The notes under the pieces were generated by a model, which worked only from the letters and a program-made list of their open reading frames with translations, was not told the origin of the DNA and ran no database searches. 64,000 bases of DNA from NCBI GenBank assembly GCA_017654855.1, contig CM030336.1, forward strand, positions 2,108,001 to 2,172,000, in the 5' to 3' direction. Shown here one piece after another: positions 26,264-39,600 of this stretch (its first letter is position 1; every line of letters begins with the position of its first letter). The position numbers and the translations under genes were made by a program. The stretch is from Podospora anserina. Taxonomy: Eukaryota.

Positions 26264-28162
26264 ATGGGCCAAACTCAATCAGACCAAAGACGGCCTCCTC
26301 CGTCTCGAGAGGAGTTGACTAAGGAATTGGCAAGTACCAAGTCTTTTCTCACTTCCACATGACCCTCTAACCAAGTGGCTTCTTCAACACAGGCCGCCAA
26401 GTTTGCCGACAAATGCTTCACCTCTCTTGAGATCTACTCATTCAAAGAGGTCTTCAAGAGTCTCGCAGACCAGGAACAGAATGTCCGCCATCTCAAAGAG
26501 GATACCATTGCGCGCTTTCTTGAGATACCGGATGTGCTGGGTGTGTCGCCAGTTATATTTCAGATGATATCATATATAGGCGCTTTTCCATTCTTGCGAG
26601 ATGCTCCAGCAGTGCTGGGCTTGGAGGAAATGGTCATGGTCATCACCATTATGACCGATCGATATCAGAGGGTATTAGCAACGGGTGCTGACGACAGGAG
26701 GAAATTGCTGTTCAAGAGCCTGGCTGTCTATGACCGGAAGCTGTCCGAACATGTCAACAGGGACAAGTCGCCTGTCATCGACGGCTCAGGAGCGCCCGCT
26801 AATTCCTCACACGCTTCTGGTTTTGCTGTCGACATTGCAGGAGATGATGAGGATGACCTGGGTTGTGAGGATGAGGACGACCTTGTCCTTGCTGCCTTGG
26901 ATTTGCTGGATTATGCCAACGTTGGCAAACTTGGAGATGGACCCCCACCCAATCACGCCCTGATTCCGGCGGGCAACTTGAAGAAGATCATCGTGTTGCT
27001 GCTTCTCGTTGCTCCATTAGGCGCCCAGGAGAGCCTATCTTCACATGCGAATCGTGTTGTTGGGAAGGAGCTTGAGGAATTGGGGGTCGTTGCTGACTGT
27101 ATCGTGGCGGCTTTCCTCGACGTAGAGCATTCACCGGGCATCAGGTTTTCTCGGTTCAATTCGATAATCCCTTCGTCGATGCCATTCGTTTTCTCTGGGT
27201 TCACTCCTCTATTTGAACACTTTTTGTTCTCCAAAACTCTCGACTTCCACAAACACGTGGGCGGCTCCACTGTCGTGCCTGACGTGGTTCAACCTCTCCT
27301 GCAGGACAAAGGCTCTCTCCTTAACCTGAGCATCATGTCGCAGCTCTCTTTCTTCATTCCCGGCGAATCTCTCTTTCGCAAGCTCCGATTACTGTACGCA
27401 GGGGGGGAAGATGGGTTCAGCATGGGCAGTTTTGAAACGAAAGTCTTCAACTGGGGAGCACCGACCATACTGCTGGTACATGGGATCTGTCTACCGGACA
27501 AAACCCATAGGGCAGGTGGTGCGGAAACGGCATTCCTGTCAACACTACCCCCACGGCGATACCCCTCTGGGAATCGCGCCATTGGCGAGAGAGTAACGTT
27601 TGGGGTTTACCTGAGTCAGCCATGGAGGCACACACATCGCGAGTGCTTTGGGGATTCGGATTCGATACTGTTTCAACTCCAGCCTGTGCATGATGTCTTC
27701 CGAGCATCCCCGAGCAACAAGGACTATGCTTCTTTCACAAAACCCTCGGCATCTACCCCGATTGGCGGCGTGTCATTTGGCTGCCCACCACCGCAACCTA
27801 CACAAGCATATCGCCGGTCAAGCACCATATCAATGGGCCCCGTATCGCTTGTCATGGATAGCAGTTTCGAATTTGGATGTTTCACCCACAACTACACCTC
27901 GCGAGGTAGTAGTGCTTTCCAGGGAAGCGCGTGCAGGAAATTCGACTTCCAAGACCGCTTCGAGATTTCAGATCTGGAGGTCTGGGGTTGCGGCGGGGAC
28001 GAGGAAGCCAAGCACCAGGCTGAGCGATGGGCCTGGGAGGCTAGAGAGGCCGAGGCGAGACGGAGAATCAACCTTGGGACGGGTGATATCGAGGCCGACC
28101 GTGCCCTCTTAGAGATGGCTGGACTCATAGGGGGGAATCGAAGTGGTGGGAGTATGATGTAA
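26264..28162 (+). CDS. RTC5: TLDc-domain protein Rtc5 (N-myristoylation-type MGQ start); first intron GC-AG
   Basis: LLYAGGEDGFSMGSFETKVFNWGAPTILLV, LEVWGCG, WAWEAREAEARR, DRALLEMAGL; intron 26330-26392. Confidence 0.9.
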
Positions 28163-28447
28163 AGAAGATGGCAACCATGGCAACGGCTCGCCAGCGCTCC
28201 ATAGAGGGGAGAGAGTAATGCATAATACAATTCATTTACGCCCACATCAAGCGTTGAAACCTGTGCTGGAATATACACCCTCTCATCAGCTTTGCAAGAT
28301 GAGACGAATCAAGACGAGAAACCATCCTCATCACTGTCAAGAAAGTACAGCTTCATGGAGAAGGTGCATTTATCTCACATATCTTACATTGCCCGACATC
28401 GCAGCCTGGATCTCTGTGAGCTGCCGTTACAGCCATCCACTTCACCC

Positions 28448-29180
28448 TTAGTTCTTCGGGTCTTCTGGCTTGGACTCTAATGCCGGTGTTGTGTCTTCTG
28501 GTGCCTTTTTGGATCCGCCAAACCATCCACCGAGTGAGCCAAGCACCCCTCCATCCGCCTGGTTCGCCTCGGTTGAGGTGGCCTCGCCTGTTTCGGTTTT
28601 TCCAGCTTTGGACTCTCTCAAGGCTGCCCTTGCCTGAGCAGCAACACTTTCGGTGCCTGTGCCACCAGCGCGCTCAGCTGCCCTCTTCCGCCTCTTGTCA
28701 AGCCGTTCTTGGAGAGCCTTCTCCTCGGCATCGCGGGCTTCCAGCTCCCTGATCCACTTCTGATGCTTCTCCTCGGCATCCTTTTGCTGCCGCAGCTTCC
28801 AAAGCTCCTTCTGCTTGTGGCGGTCGGCCTGGTAGTACATGCCGCCAGCGACCATGGCAACAACGGTAAATGCCTGGGCGGCCACACGGGCACGGAACAT
28901 CTTCTGCACCTTTGCATGGTCACCGCGGCGCATGGCACGGTAGGCGTTGGTGAAGGCGGCAACGGTGAGGAGACATCCGATTGGGACGAGCGGTTCCTCC
29001 TTCAGGCGGCGAAGGACCTTTTGGAAGCCATTCTCATTGTAAAAGTCACTGTGGCGGGGCGCGTGTAAGTAGTGGTGCTCCTTTAGGAAACAATGGCAAG
29101 CAATATGTAGTGGTCGGGACTCACTCGTTGCTGTCAAATGACGAGGGAAGGGGTCGGTTGGAGAGGGGTCCGTTCGACAT
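28448..29180 (-). CDS. RCF1: Respiratory supercomplex factor 1 (HIG1 domain)
   Basis: PLPSSFD..|DFYNENGFQK..LKEEPLVPIG, QKMFRARVAAQAFTV, WIRELEARD; one intron (about 29124-29050). Confidence 0.93.
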
Positions 29181-29527
29181 TGTAGAAATCCGCCTCGCTG
29201 ATCCAGGGAAGATCGAATGCGGTCTTAGGAAAAGGGGGTCGTGATGATTGGTGGCGTTGGGGGAATCGTTCGAGGTTGGTTTCCAATGCGGGCCCGCCCA
29301 TGAATGAATGAATTTCCATGACGCCAGCTAAGGTGGGGATCTGAACGGGCACACGCCCGGGCGGCGGGCAACGGGCGGTGTGGATCCCAACCCCAGCCGC
29401 CAAGAGACGCCCTGCAGGACCCACCAAAACTTTCTTTCCTTCAAAAGTCGGCCGAGACCGGGGCCTTCCCAACAGAGAGTGTGTGCATCGTCAGTCTTCT
29501 TGCGACTTCAACGACTGTCATACTGAA

Positions 29528-31416
29528 ATGGCTTCCACAAATTCGAATGCACCTCGTCATGAGGGGAGTGTGGCAGAGCAGACGGCCGGCCATGTTAACG
29601 GTGACTATGTGGTCAATGGCGTGCCACAGCTGCCCACCGCATTCCGCAACGGCAACGGCGGCCTTGGTGCTGGGGGTTTGCCCAGGAACATGTCGCTGAA
29701 CAGCTTCGCTCTGACAGAGTACAGCGCAAAGCCAACACCCCCCGCTGAAGACAAGAAAGATGAAGTGAAAAAGGTCGTGCCAGACGAGTATCTGCTACCG
29801 AATGGTAACCCAGATGTGAGTCACCCCGAGTCCATTCTTAGTTTTTGATCGAGAAGCTCATTATCCTACGTGTACAGTATCTTCGCCTTATCATCACCTC
29901 CTACCCGCGGGTGAGAGAGGTGTGCAAAGAAACTCCTTTGGTGCACGCTGTTGGCCTGAGCAACCGACTGGAGCGCAAGGTCCTGTTGAAGCGCGAGGAT
30001 GAGCAACCGGTATTCAGTTTCAAACTCAGAGGAGCGTACAACAAGATGGCTCATCTCGACGCTACCGAGTCCTGGAAGGGTGTCGTTTGTTGCAGCGCTG
30101 GCAATCATGCTCAGGGCGTTGCTTACTCGGCCCGCAGGTTGAAAATCCCAGCCACTATTGTGATGCCCAAGGGCACACCAAGCATCAAGCATCTCAATGT
30201 ATCGAGAATGGGCGGACACGTTGTTCTTCACGGCGCCGACTTTGACGAGGCCAAGGAGGAATGTGCTCGGCGGGAAAAGCAGGATGGCCTGATAAACATT
30301 CCCCCGTTCGACGACCCTTATGTTATTGCCGGCCAAGGAACTATCGGTATGGAGATTCTCTCACAAACAAACCTGCAGAAGCTTGATGCCATCTTCTGCT
30401 GCGTGGGTGGAGGCGGCCTGATCGCCGGCGTTGGTGTGTACGTCAAGCGTATTGCACCGCATGTCAAGATCATTGGCGTGGAAACGTACGACGCGGATGC
30501 GATGACTCAGTCTCTCGACAAGGGGGAGCGTGTGCTTCTCAAGGATGTTGGGTTGTTCGCCGATGGCGCCGCGGTCAAGATTACGGGCGAGGAAACGTTC
30601 CGTATTTGTCAGGAGGTTGTGGACGAAATGGTTCGGGTAACCACAGACGAGGCCTGTGCCGCTATCAAGGACATGTTTGAGGATACCAGGTCTATCATTG
30701 AACCAGCTGGTGCCCTGGCCATTGCCGGTCTGAAGAAGTGGGTGGCCGCCAATCCAACCCCGGATCCTACACGGTCTGTCGTGGCCATCACATCCGGCGC
30801 AAACATGAACTTTGACCGCTTGGGCTTTGTTGCAGCCCGTGCTACGTACGGCGAGGGAAGAGAGGCTTTACTTGCAGCCCGCATCCCAGAAAGCCCGGGA
30901 GCCTTCGCTGAACTCATCAACGCCGTCATGCCTCACTCTGTCACCGAGTTTAGCTATCGTTACGCCAGCCCAACTGAAGCAAATGTGCTCCTGGGTATCT
31001 CATTAACCGCCGTTGGTAGTGAACGCGCACAGCAACTGCAGTCGGTTATCAGCCGCATCAAGGAGTCCGGCACCATGGATATCACCGATCTGTCCAACGA
31101 CGAGTTAGCAAAGAGTCACATTCGATACATGGTTGGTGGCCGTTCTAGTGTGCCTAACGAGCGTCTGTACACATTCCGATTCCCAGAACGGCCCGGTGCT
31201 CTTGAGCGCTTCCTACAGACCTTGCGTGTCAAATACAACATCAGTCTGTTCCAGTACAGAAACCACGGTGGTGATATTGGGCAGGTTTTGACAGGCATCG
31301 TTTGCCCGAACGAGGAGATTGGCGAACTAGAAACATTCCTCAAGAAGATCGGCTATCCGTGGGAGGACTGCACAGATGCACCGGTGTTCAAGACATTCTT
31401 ACGGTCGGAGTCATAG
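29528..31416 (+). CDS. ILV1: Biosynthetic threonine dehydratase (threonine deaminase)
   Basis: PLP lysine motif VFSFKLRGAYN, SAGNHAQG, GGGGLIAG, SGANMNFDRL, regulatory FPERPGAL..NISLFQYRNHG; intron 29816-29877. Confidence 0.96.
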
Positions 31417-32338
31417 ACCGTTAGAGATAGAGGATAATGGTTAAGACTTCTGCAGTTTAGATGGAGAATTATACTGTAAATCAGTTGCCGAGAGCTTTTC
31501 GCAGGCCTCTGTATTGTTGATTTCGATTAGTATTTTCTTAGTTAATCAATAGTTCCATGCCTAATAAGATACAGAAAAAACCAGGGAAAAGAAAACCAAA
31601 AGAGAAAATATAAGAAAGAAGTTTAAAGTATATAAAGAAAGCGTAAGTTAAATATAAAATATAAAAATGATAATAAAGTTATTTACAACAATTCAAATTT
31701 AAAAAAAAAAAAGCTATAAGAAACTATAGGCATATAAAATATACTTAAATAGTAACTTTATCTACTATATTAAAATAAAAAACTAAACTTTAAACTAAGA
31801 GATTCATAAAGCCTTAAATATGGATAGTATTTTAGTATCTTTAAAAAATATTAAAAAAACTATTTTTACTTTGTTAAAAACTAATAGAATATTACAAGTT
31901 ACTTAATTAATATTAATAAATTTCAAATAACAAATAATTAATTTCTTTCTCTTAAAAAAGCATCTGAGCGTAACGTAAAAAGCCAGAACAGAAGCCCTGC
32001 CTACTATTAAAACCAAAAAATTAATACTAATAATAAAACACTAAAACAGCCCTGAATAGTAGTATCATAAACCTTACAAAATCTATATGAAAAAACCTTT
32101 CTTTTATAATAGGTTATTAAATTAATATTAAGAATTTATAATAGTAATATAATATTATTTCTTATTAAATATTGGAAAACACTAATTATTTATTATAAAG
32201 TTAAATTCCAGCGTTTGAAATACGATATTCTATTTAAAACTATATATAATCAAAACTATATTTATTTCCGTTATACCTAAAAAATTTAGTAACATATGTA
32301 AATTTAAAATTATATTATCTTAGCTTTTAAATTACCAG

Positions 32339-32755
32339 TGCGACGAACTCCTATCAAGAACCTCTGAAAGCGATACTAGTCGAAGGCTGCTTCTGAACAA
32401 TCCTAGTTTGGTACAGCTAAACAGTGTACAACAATGGCTCATCTCAATCACAATAATCAGGATACCAACCAATGTGACTTGTAATTGCATACTGCGGAAC
32501 TGTCTATCTAACACTGGCCAGTTCCTCCATATATATACAAGTGGATCACCTGGATCACCATGCCCAGCGTGATCTTGGATCACTTCCTCCAGCGTAGGCT
32601 CACTATGGATCACTCCTGTCACCTTAGGATCACTTGGATCACCTTGCCCCTAGCGCTCCGAAGCGCTCCGCTTCCTATTAGCTCCTTTAACGATTGGCTG
32701 GGTACATCCCGTGCCCCGCATACTGTGCAACTTGCCTGTTAGCTTAACGGTAACA
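32339..32755 (-). mobile_element. Solo LTR of gypsy family A (variant with GGATCAC repeats)
   Basis: TG...CA ends; shares the conserved half (tgYgacgaac...gaacctctgaaag...ccagttcctcc) with the other family A LTRs; flanks ACCAG/ACCGG (TSD with one mismatch). Confidence 0.85.
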
Positions 32756-33234
32756 ACCGGTTATTAATAATTATCGAATAAATATTTATACTTACGATGT
32801 ATTTTAACTTTTCACTCTTCATGGATTTCGGATGCATAATCTTAATATATTTTGGCTTTAAATCAAGAATTAAATAGAAAACATACTTTAAAAAACTGTT
32901 ACGGATTTTAAAACTAATAAAAGATTTATTAATATTATCATAAAATTTAAAGATTTTAAATAAATAAAAAAACTAAATTAAATATAAGATTTATTTTTTT
33001 CATTAAAGTAAAAAAACTAATACCGCAACAAGATAGGACTAAAAAAAAACCTTATTAGTGGTTAAAGATAACGAAAATATTTAAAAGGAATTAATGTATC
33101 AATATTTTATAATTCTTGACTTTAACTCCTATCAAAAGATCTACTACCCGTCAAGACCTAACTAACTAGGTCCCTACAAATAGAGAAAAGAAATTTTTAA
33201 GTAAAATAAATAGTAAATTAATGTCTAATATTAT

Positions 33235-33869
33235 TGTTAATGTGTGGGTACTACTAAGTGCCCTACTTACTGCCCTACAAATTAATATTACAGTGGGCAG
33301 TACTGCTATAAGCAGTAATGGAACTTCCCGGCTTGGATCCCTTTAGAATATTCTTTACAAGGGACCTTTGAAGGCTTACAGGGCTACTGTGGCCTGAGGC
33401 TTAGTCAATAGATACTAGAACCTTCCAAAGTAGCTACAAGCTTACGCAGTAAGTTGCCACAATAGTGTGATTTACAGGGCATCTTTGCTACCGAAGGTTC
33501 TATAGATTTCCGTGAGTCTACACTAGACCCACCTAAGCCCACCAAATACCCCAAAGTGGTATAGGGGCTTCCAGGGCCTACAGGACCCACAGTAGGCCTA
33601 CGAAGGCCTATATATAGACCTCTCCTCTCTCCTATAGAATAGTTCCTTTCTTTCTTTCCTTAAGGGCAAAAGTTTAAGGTTAAAGCCAAAAGCTAAGGCC
33701 AAAGGCAATAAAGGCAATTCTTATTCCTTATACCTCACTGTATTACAGTGCTTTACCTTCCTTCGGCACTGCCGTCGTATCCTCCTGCTTCCGCTTGCGC
33801 ACTGCTGTATTTTACAGCAACCCTGTATAGGTTCTATATTATAGGCCTATTAGGGCTCACCAGCTAACA
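33235..33869. mobile_element. Solo LTR (635 bp) of a different family
   Basis: TGTTA...TAACA inverted ends, perfect 5-bp TSD ATTAT (33230-33234 / 33870-33874), internal TATA-like tatatatag. Confidence 0.75.
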
Positions 33870-34653
33870 ATTATATTTTCTTTTATACTACTTGAAGAAT
33901 TTATTATACTGGTCAACTTTTTATATAATAAAAAAATTGGGTTTTTCATATGGTACTTTTTGAAGAGTTGGTAGCGCTATTATTTAAAGCTTTATTACGC
34001 TATTATTTAAAGCTATTTTATCTCTTTGGGTCTAGCATTAATTTTACCATTTTATTAGAAATTAAAGTTATTATTACTGTTGTTAACATTATATTATGGC
34101 ACTTTGTTTATATATATTATATTATAGTACTATACTTTCTTTATAAAATTATTTACTATGAAGGTAATAGAAAAATAAACATTAATAAATCATTGAAACT
34201 AATAAAATATAATTTGATTTCTATAATATAATAAAAGTAAATGTAAATTTTGTATAATGAAATATTTAATAAATCAAAAATTAGCTCTATGATAAATAAT
34301 AAATTCTTTTTATTATTTACTTATAGACTTAATGGTATATTTAAGCTCTATAGATTATAGAGCTTGTGAGATAATATTATGATTTAAAATTGATAATATT
34401 TATGAGATTTTAGAGACTATAGTAACTAAAGTAAAGTTTAAATATCTATAGTAAACCGAGGTTCCGGAAAGCTAGGTGTATGGTTAATATTGTGTAATAA
34501 TGAAATAGTAGTACTTTATTTAATAGCTAATAATCTATAATAGTAAAATAATAACATTATATACTCTATAAACTTTATTTAATCTAATATATTGAATTAA
34601 TATTTGATTTTAAAGGAAAAATAACTTTAGAGATTGATTAAAAACCTAGAGGG

Positions 34654-35023
34654 TGTCACGGACCTGACATAAGTGGGGAGCGTGGGGCGCGACCTGTTTA
34701 ACCACTGGAATAGAAAAGTGGGGAAGTTAGATTATCACTAGCGCCAAGGGTGATAATCACGATTATTACTAGCCTTCAGTAAACGATAAGTAATAATCGA
34801 CACTATTACTCATAATAATAGTAATAAACAGGTCTATATATACGGAGGAACTGGCTAGTATAGATAAATAGTTCCGTAGTATGCAATTACAACTTATATT
34901 CACGGTATTTTATAATTATATTAAGACATTTTATTATACGCTGTTTAGCCGTACCGAACTAATTATCAAAAATAACCTTTAACTAATATCCCTTTCAAAG
35001 GTTCTATACAGGGGTTCGTTACA
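34654..35023 (+). repeat. 5' LTR of the full-length family A element
   Basis: Direct repeat of 41403-41772, differing mainly by C>T/G>A. Confidence 0.93.
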
Positions 35024-35274
35024 CGTTATATATTTACTTTAACTCTATTACGGATAAGTTAAAAGTATTAAGTTAATACTATAGCCGGAAATATTAATAA
35101 TATCTAGGTAGGGGTATTTACTTAACTTACTATCGACTAGCTTCTTACTTATATTTAAAAGCTTAAAAGTAAATTATATTTTTCCCACGATACCCTTACG
35201 TAAAAAAACGCTATACTCTACCAGGAGATCGGTACTTTACGTAGAAAAAGAGAGCGTACTAAGCTCGAGGTACC

Positions 35275-35616
35275 TGTGACGAACCTCTGTACAGAACCTC
35301 TGAAAGGGATACTGGTTGAAGGTAACTTCTGACAATTGGTTCGGTGCAGCTAAATAGTGCACAACAAGATGTCTCAATCACAACAGCTAAGATACCACGA
35401 TTGTGACTTGTATTGCATACTGCGGAACTGTCTATTTACACCAGCCAGTTCCTCCGTATACATAGACCAGTGGACCGTGGACCGTGAGCCCCGCCGCGGT
35501 CCCCGGTCCCCATCTTATTGGTCCGTTCCGTCCACTCGGACCGTGAGCCCCGCTCGATCGCTCGGTCCAGTCCTGATTGGTCCCTCGTGGCCCCACTGTC
35601 TTCCAGAACCGTGACA
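35275..35616 (-). mobile_element. Solo LTR of family A (GC-rich ggaccg/cggtcc variant) inserted antisense into gag
   Basis: TGTGAC...GTGACA ends, perfect TSD GTACC (35270-35274 / 35617-35621), little RIP. Confidence 0.93.
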
Positions 35617-36601
35617 GTACCCGATCGCTATAGAGGTATAAAAGGAGAGCTATGAGGATTCCTGATCTAACTTAAAGCTTACTTTCGGTACTACCCTTCT
35701 CGTTTCCCGGACGAGGAATCTAAGGTTATATATATTACGTCTAGGCTTAAAGATATAGTATTTATATAGTTCCAGACGATTTTAGGAAATTACTTTAATA
35801 ATGTGTATAATAAGAGGGGGGATATTATTAAGAAGTGTTTTAAATTATATAAAGGCTTTAAAAAGAAAATTAAAGAGGTATTTAAAAAATATAATAAGGG
35901 TAGGCGTACCTAAGAGTAACTAATTAACCTTAAGTAAACTCGATTTATTACCAATTATATTATAGTATTTAAAATATATATATTTTATAATATAATTAAA
36001 AATAAAGGATTAATATAATTATTTTATAACGGGCTTAAAAAAAAGTTAAAAATAAATTATATTAAATAGAATAACCGGAGATTATCGACAAGTATGTTAT
36101 AATAGTAATCCGTATTAACGATCGATAATATTAGCGCCGCAAGAAGCGTAAGGGCACACACGTATAAGGGCCCTACTACCCTAACGATAAAAGGAAAAGA
36201 CGGCTGTACGGGACTTACGTCTCGGAGACCACTTACGTAAAATCTATAGAGGTCGATACTATTTAATAATAAAGGCCGTAAAGCTAGGGTAAAAATAACC
36301 TTAAGTATTTTAATTACGGTAAAGTAAAGTATTTTAAAAAGGATTGTAGGGTACCTAAACGACTCGGATAGAAAAGGAAAATCGTAATAATTATTATATT
36401 AAAAGGACTAAGAATTATAGAGGTTGTAGCTATCGGATATTAGTAAAGTAAAGCGAAGAACCATTATTAAATATATATACGAGAGAATATTAAGTACGTA
36501 AAAGACGGAAAATAAGAGGAAGCTAGGCGGGTATAGTTAAAAAACTTTATATTATTAAATAATTCGGAGAAAGAAAACGCTTTTAAACGATATAATTACT
36601 T

Positions 36602-36637
36602 AAGAAACGACTTACGGCCCTTCGCGGGGGCCGGTAA
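36602..36637 (+). promoter_or_regulatory. Putative -1 ribosomal frameshift signal at the gag/pol junction
   Basis: AAGAAAC (probably RIP-altered GGGAAAC) followed by hairpin TTACGGCCC-TTCGC-GGGGGCCGGTAA; the same motif is in the minus copies at about 47605-47637 and 52141-52172. Confidence 0.6.
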
Positions 36638-39600
36638 TTTTTAATAAATTATAAATAGTATTTTCGGAAGTATTGGTATAAAATAAAAGTATAAGATAAC
36701 GATCCGATATTTATTAGCGAAATTACTATTATATAAAGAAAAGGTAAAAAAAAAATTTATTTTTAGATTATAATATATTAGAAAAATATTTAAATAATAG
36801 TATTAATAAATAGAAATATAGAAACGAACCTAATTTCGTTATAATTCGTATATTAAGTTAAAATAGTATAAAAGAAAAAAAATTTCGTTATATAAAATTT
36901 ATTTCCGACGTAAAAGGTTTATAAAGAAATATTATTTTTAAATATTATAGTCGAAAGAAAGATAATTTTAATTATCTTCGATATTATAAATATAGGACTC
37001 TCGAAGGATATAATCCTAGGGTAACTATAGTATAAAGACTATAATCTAGATATCGATTAGAGGGATAGTAACTACCTACGACCAAGAGAGCTTTAAAAGT
37101 ATTTAACCAACGATAGGAGATTAGGCGTATATATAGAGCAGAGTATAGGATAAGTACCTTCTATAGTACTACCGTAAGGAACCCAAAAAGTAATAGTATA
37201 CTCTATCGATATAGGTAGTAAAATTAAAGAAATAAAGTTAACGACGTTAATAAAAATATTAAAGGTTAATAAATATATTTACTATAATAATATAAAAAAA
37301 GTAAGAAAAAAGTAATATCGGTAGAATATCGAGGATACTTAACCTTTACGGCTAAGTATTTAGAGGGACTTCTAAAGCGAAGACCGTAGAATTACGAAAT
37401 TAAATTAAAAAAATTTAAATTATAATTATTTAAGGTCTACTATACTAACGATAAATAAAGTAAAAAACTATAGAAATATTTAAAAAAGATTTTAAAGAAA
37501 GGATATATTAAGAAGTTTATATCGCTAGTAAAATACTTTATATTCTTCGTACCGAAGAAAGATAGTAACTTATAATTATATATAAGTTACCGTTAATTAA
37601 ATAACGAAATAATAAAAAATAATTACCCGCTACCGTTAATATTTAAATTATAAAATTATTTAATTAAAGTATTATACTTTATACGCTTGAATATACCTAT
37701 CTAGTACGCCTATATATAGATTAAAGAAAGAAAGAAATAAAAAATAATGTTTTGTATATTTTATAATTATTTCGAGTATTTTATAATATTATTTAAGTTA
37801 ACTAATATACTCGCAATATTTTAATCTTTTATTAGTTATATAATTAAGAAATACCTTAATAAAATAATAATATATTATCTTAATAATATCTTTATCTACT
37901 TACGTACTCTAAAGAAATATAAGCGATACGTGCGAGAGATATTTAACGCGCTATACGGAGCCAGACTCTTAATAAATAAAAAGAAAAGCGAGTTTTACGT
38001 ATAAAAGATAGTATATTTAGGATATTTAATATTATTAAGTAAGGTTCGTATAGGACTTAAGAAAATTACGGTAATTAAGGACTAACCTACGCCGTATTTA
38101 TAAATATATATTAAAGAATTTTTAAGGTTTATAAATTTCTATCGGATATTTATTTATAAGTATATAGGAATTACGTAACTATTTAACTATTTAATTAAAA
38201 AAGACGCGGAATTCCGGTAAGGGTAAAAAGAGGAGTAAACCTTTTAGAAGCTAAAAGAAGTTATTTTAAAGGACCCGGTACTTAAATTATTAAACCCTAA
38301 TCGACTATTTAAGATTAAAGTAAATATATTAAATTATATAATCGGTAAATAATTAGGATAGTAAAATAACGACGAAAAGCTATACCTTATAACCTTCTTT
38401 TCGAAAAACTAAAAGAGGTACGTTAAAACTACCTAATTTATAATAAAGAACTACTCGTTATTATCGAAATATTTAAAGAATAAAAATTATATTTTTATAA
38501 TATTAATTATAAAATATAAGTTTATATAAACTATAAAAATCTATAATATTTTATTATTATAAAAGTCCTTAACGTATAATAAATATAATAATTAAAGTTT
38601 CTTTCGCAATTTAATTTCTAAATTAATTATAAAAAGGGTTCGGAAAACGCTAAAGCAAATGTATTTAACCGGCGAGCTAATTACTATAAAAATATATTAA
38701 AGGAATTACTATTACTATTTAAGAAAACGCTAAAAGGTATTTTGAAATATTTACTTTAGCCGTAAATAAAGTATTATATAGTATATTATAAGTAAATTAC
38801 TTTTAATAAATACTAAAGAAAGTTAAATAATAATATTATAGAGTAATATTAATAAAAAAAATTAAAGTTATAAAGTTTTTAAAAAAATAATTAAGGAAGA
38901 TTATAGTATAAAAATCGAACGTATATAAAGTTAGGCGATAGGATAATATTAATAATAAAAATTTATAAATAGAAACTCGGAAAATATATAGGTATTATAA
39001 AGACTATAGAAAAAATTAAATAGTACTTTAATAGGCCGAGGATTAAGGACGACGTTAAGGAAGCTATTTAATTATATTATATATATAAGAAAATAAAGGT
39101 TACGAGGTATAAGCCTTACGGATTTCTAAAATTACTATTAATAATAAAACGACTATAGAATTTAATTATAATAAACTTTATTATTAAATTATAAAAATTT
39201 AAAAATATAATAACTAACGTTAAATATAATAATATATTAACGGTAGTCGATAAGCTTATTAAATAAATATACTTTTACTTTATAAAAAAACTTAATCGGT
39301 AAAGTAATTAACGGATATAATACTACGGTATATTATATTAATATATATATAACTAAAGAAATTTATTATAGACGGCGATATTAAATTTATATCGAAGTTT
39401 TAAGGAGCGTTAATAATAAGGCTCGGGATAATAAATAAAGTATTTTCGGCGTACTACCTTTAAATAAACGGTTAAACGGAATAGCTTAATTAAATCGTAG
39501 AATAATATTTACGGAATTATATTAATTTCGAGTAAAATAATTAAATTAAATTATTACTAATAGGATAATTAATATATAATATATTATTAATAAAAACGAC

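Noticed and set aside
32543-32643. GGATCAC repeats with variable spacers, superficially CRISPR-like
   Set aside because: 7-bp units with irregular short spacing inside a eukaryotic LTR, and no cas genes.
33950-34231. Hydrophobic I/L/Y/F-rich ORFs in the AT block (also 43487-43747, 45951-46154, 53925-54116, 60714-60983)
   Set aside because: Compositional artefacts of RIP-mutated repeat DNA.
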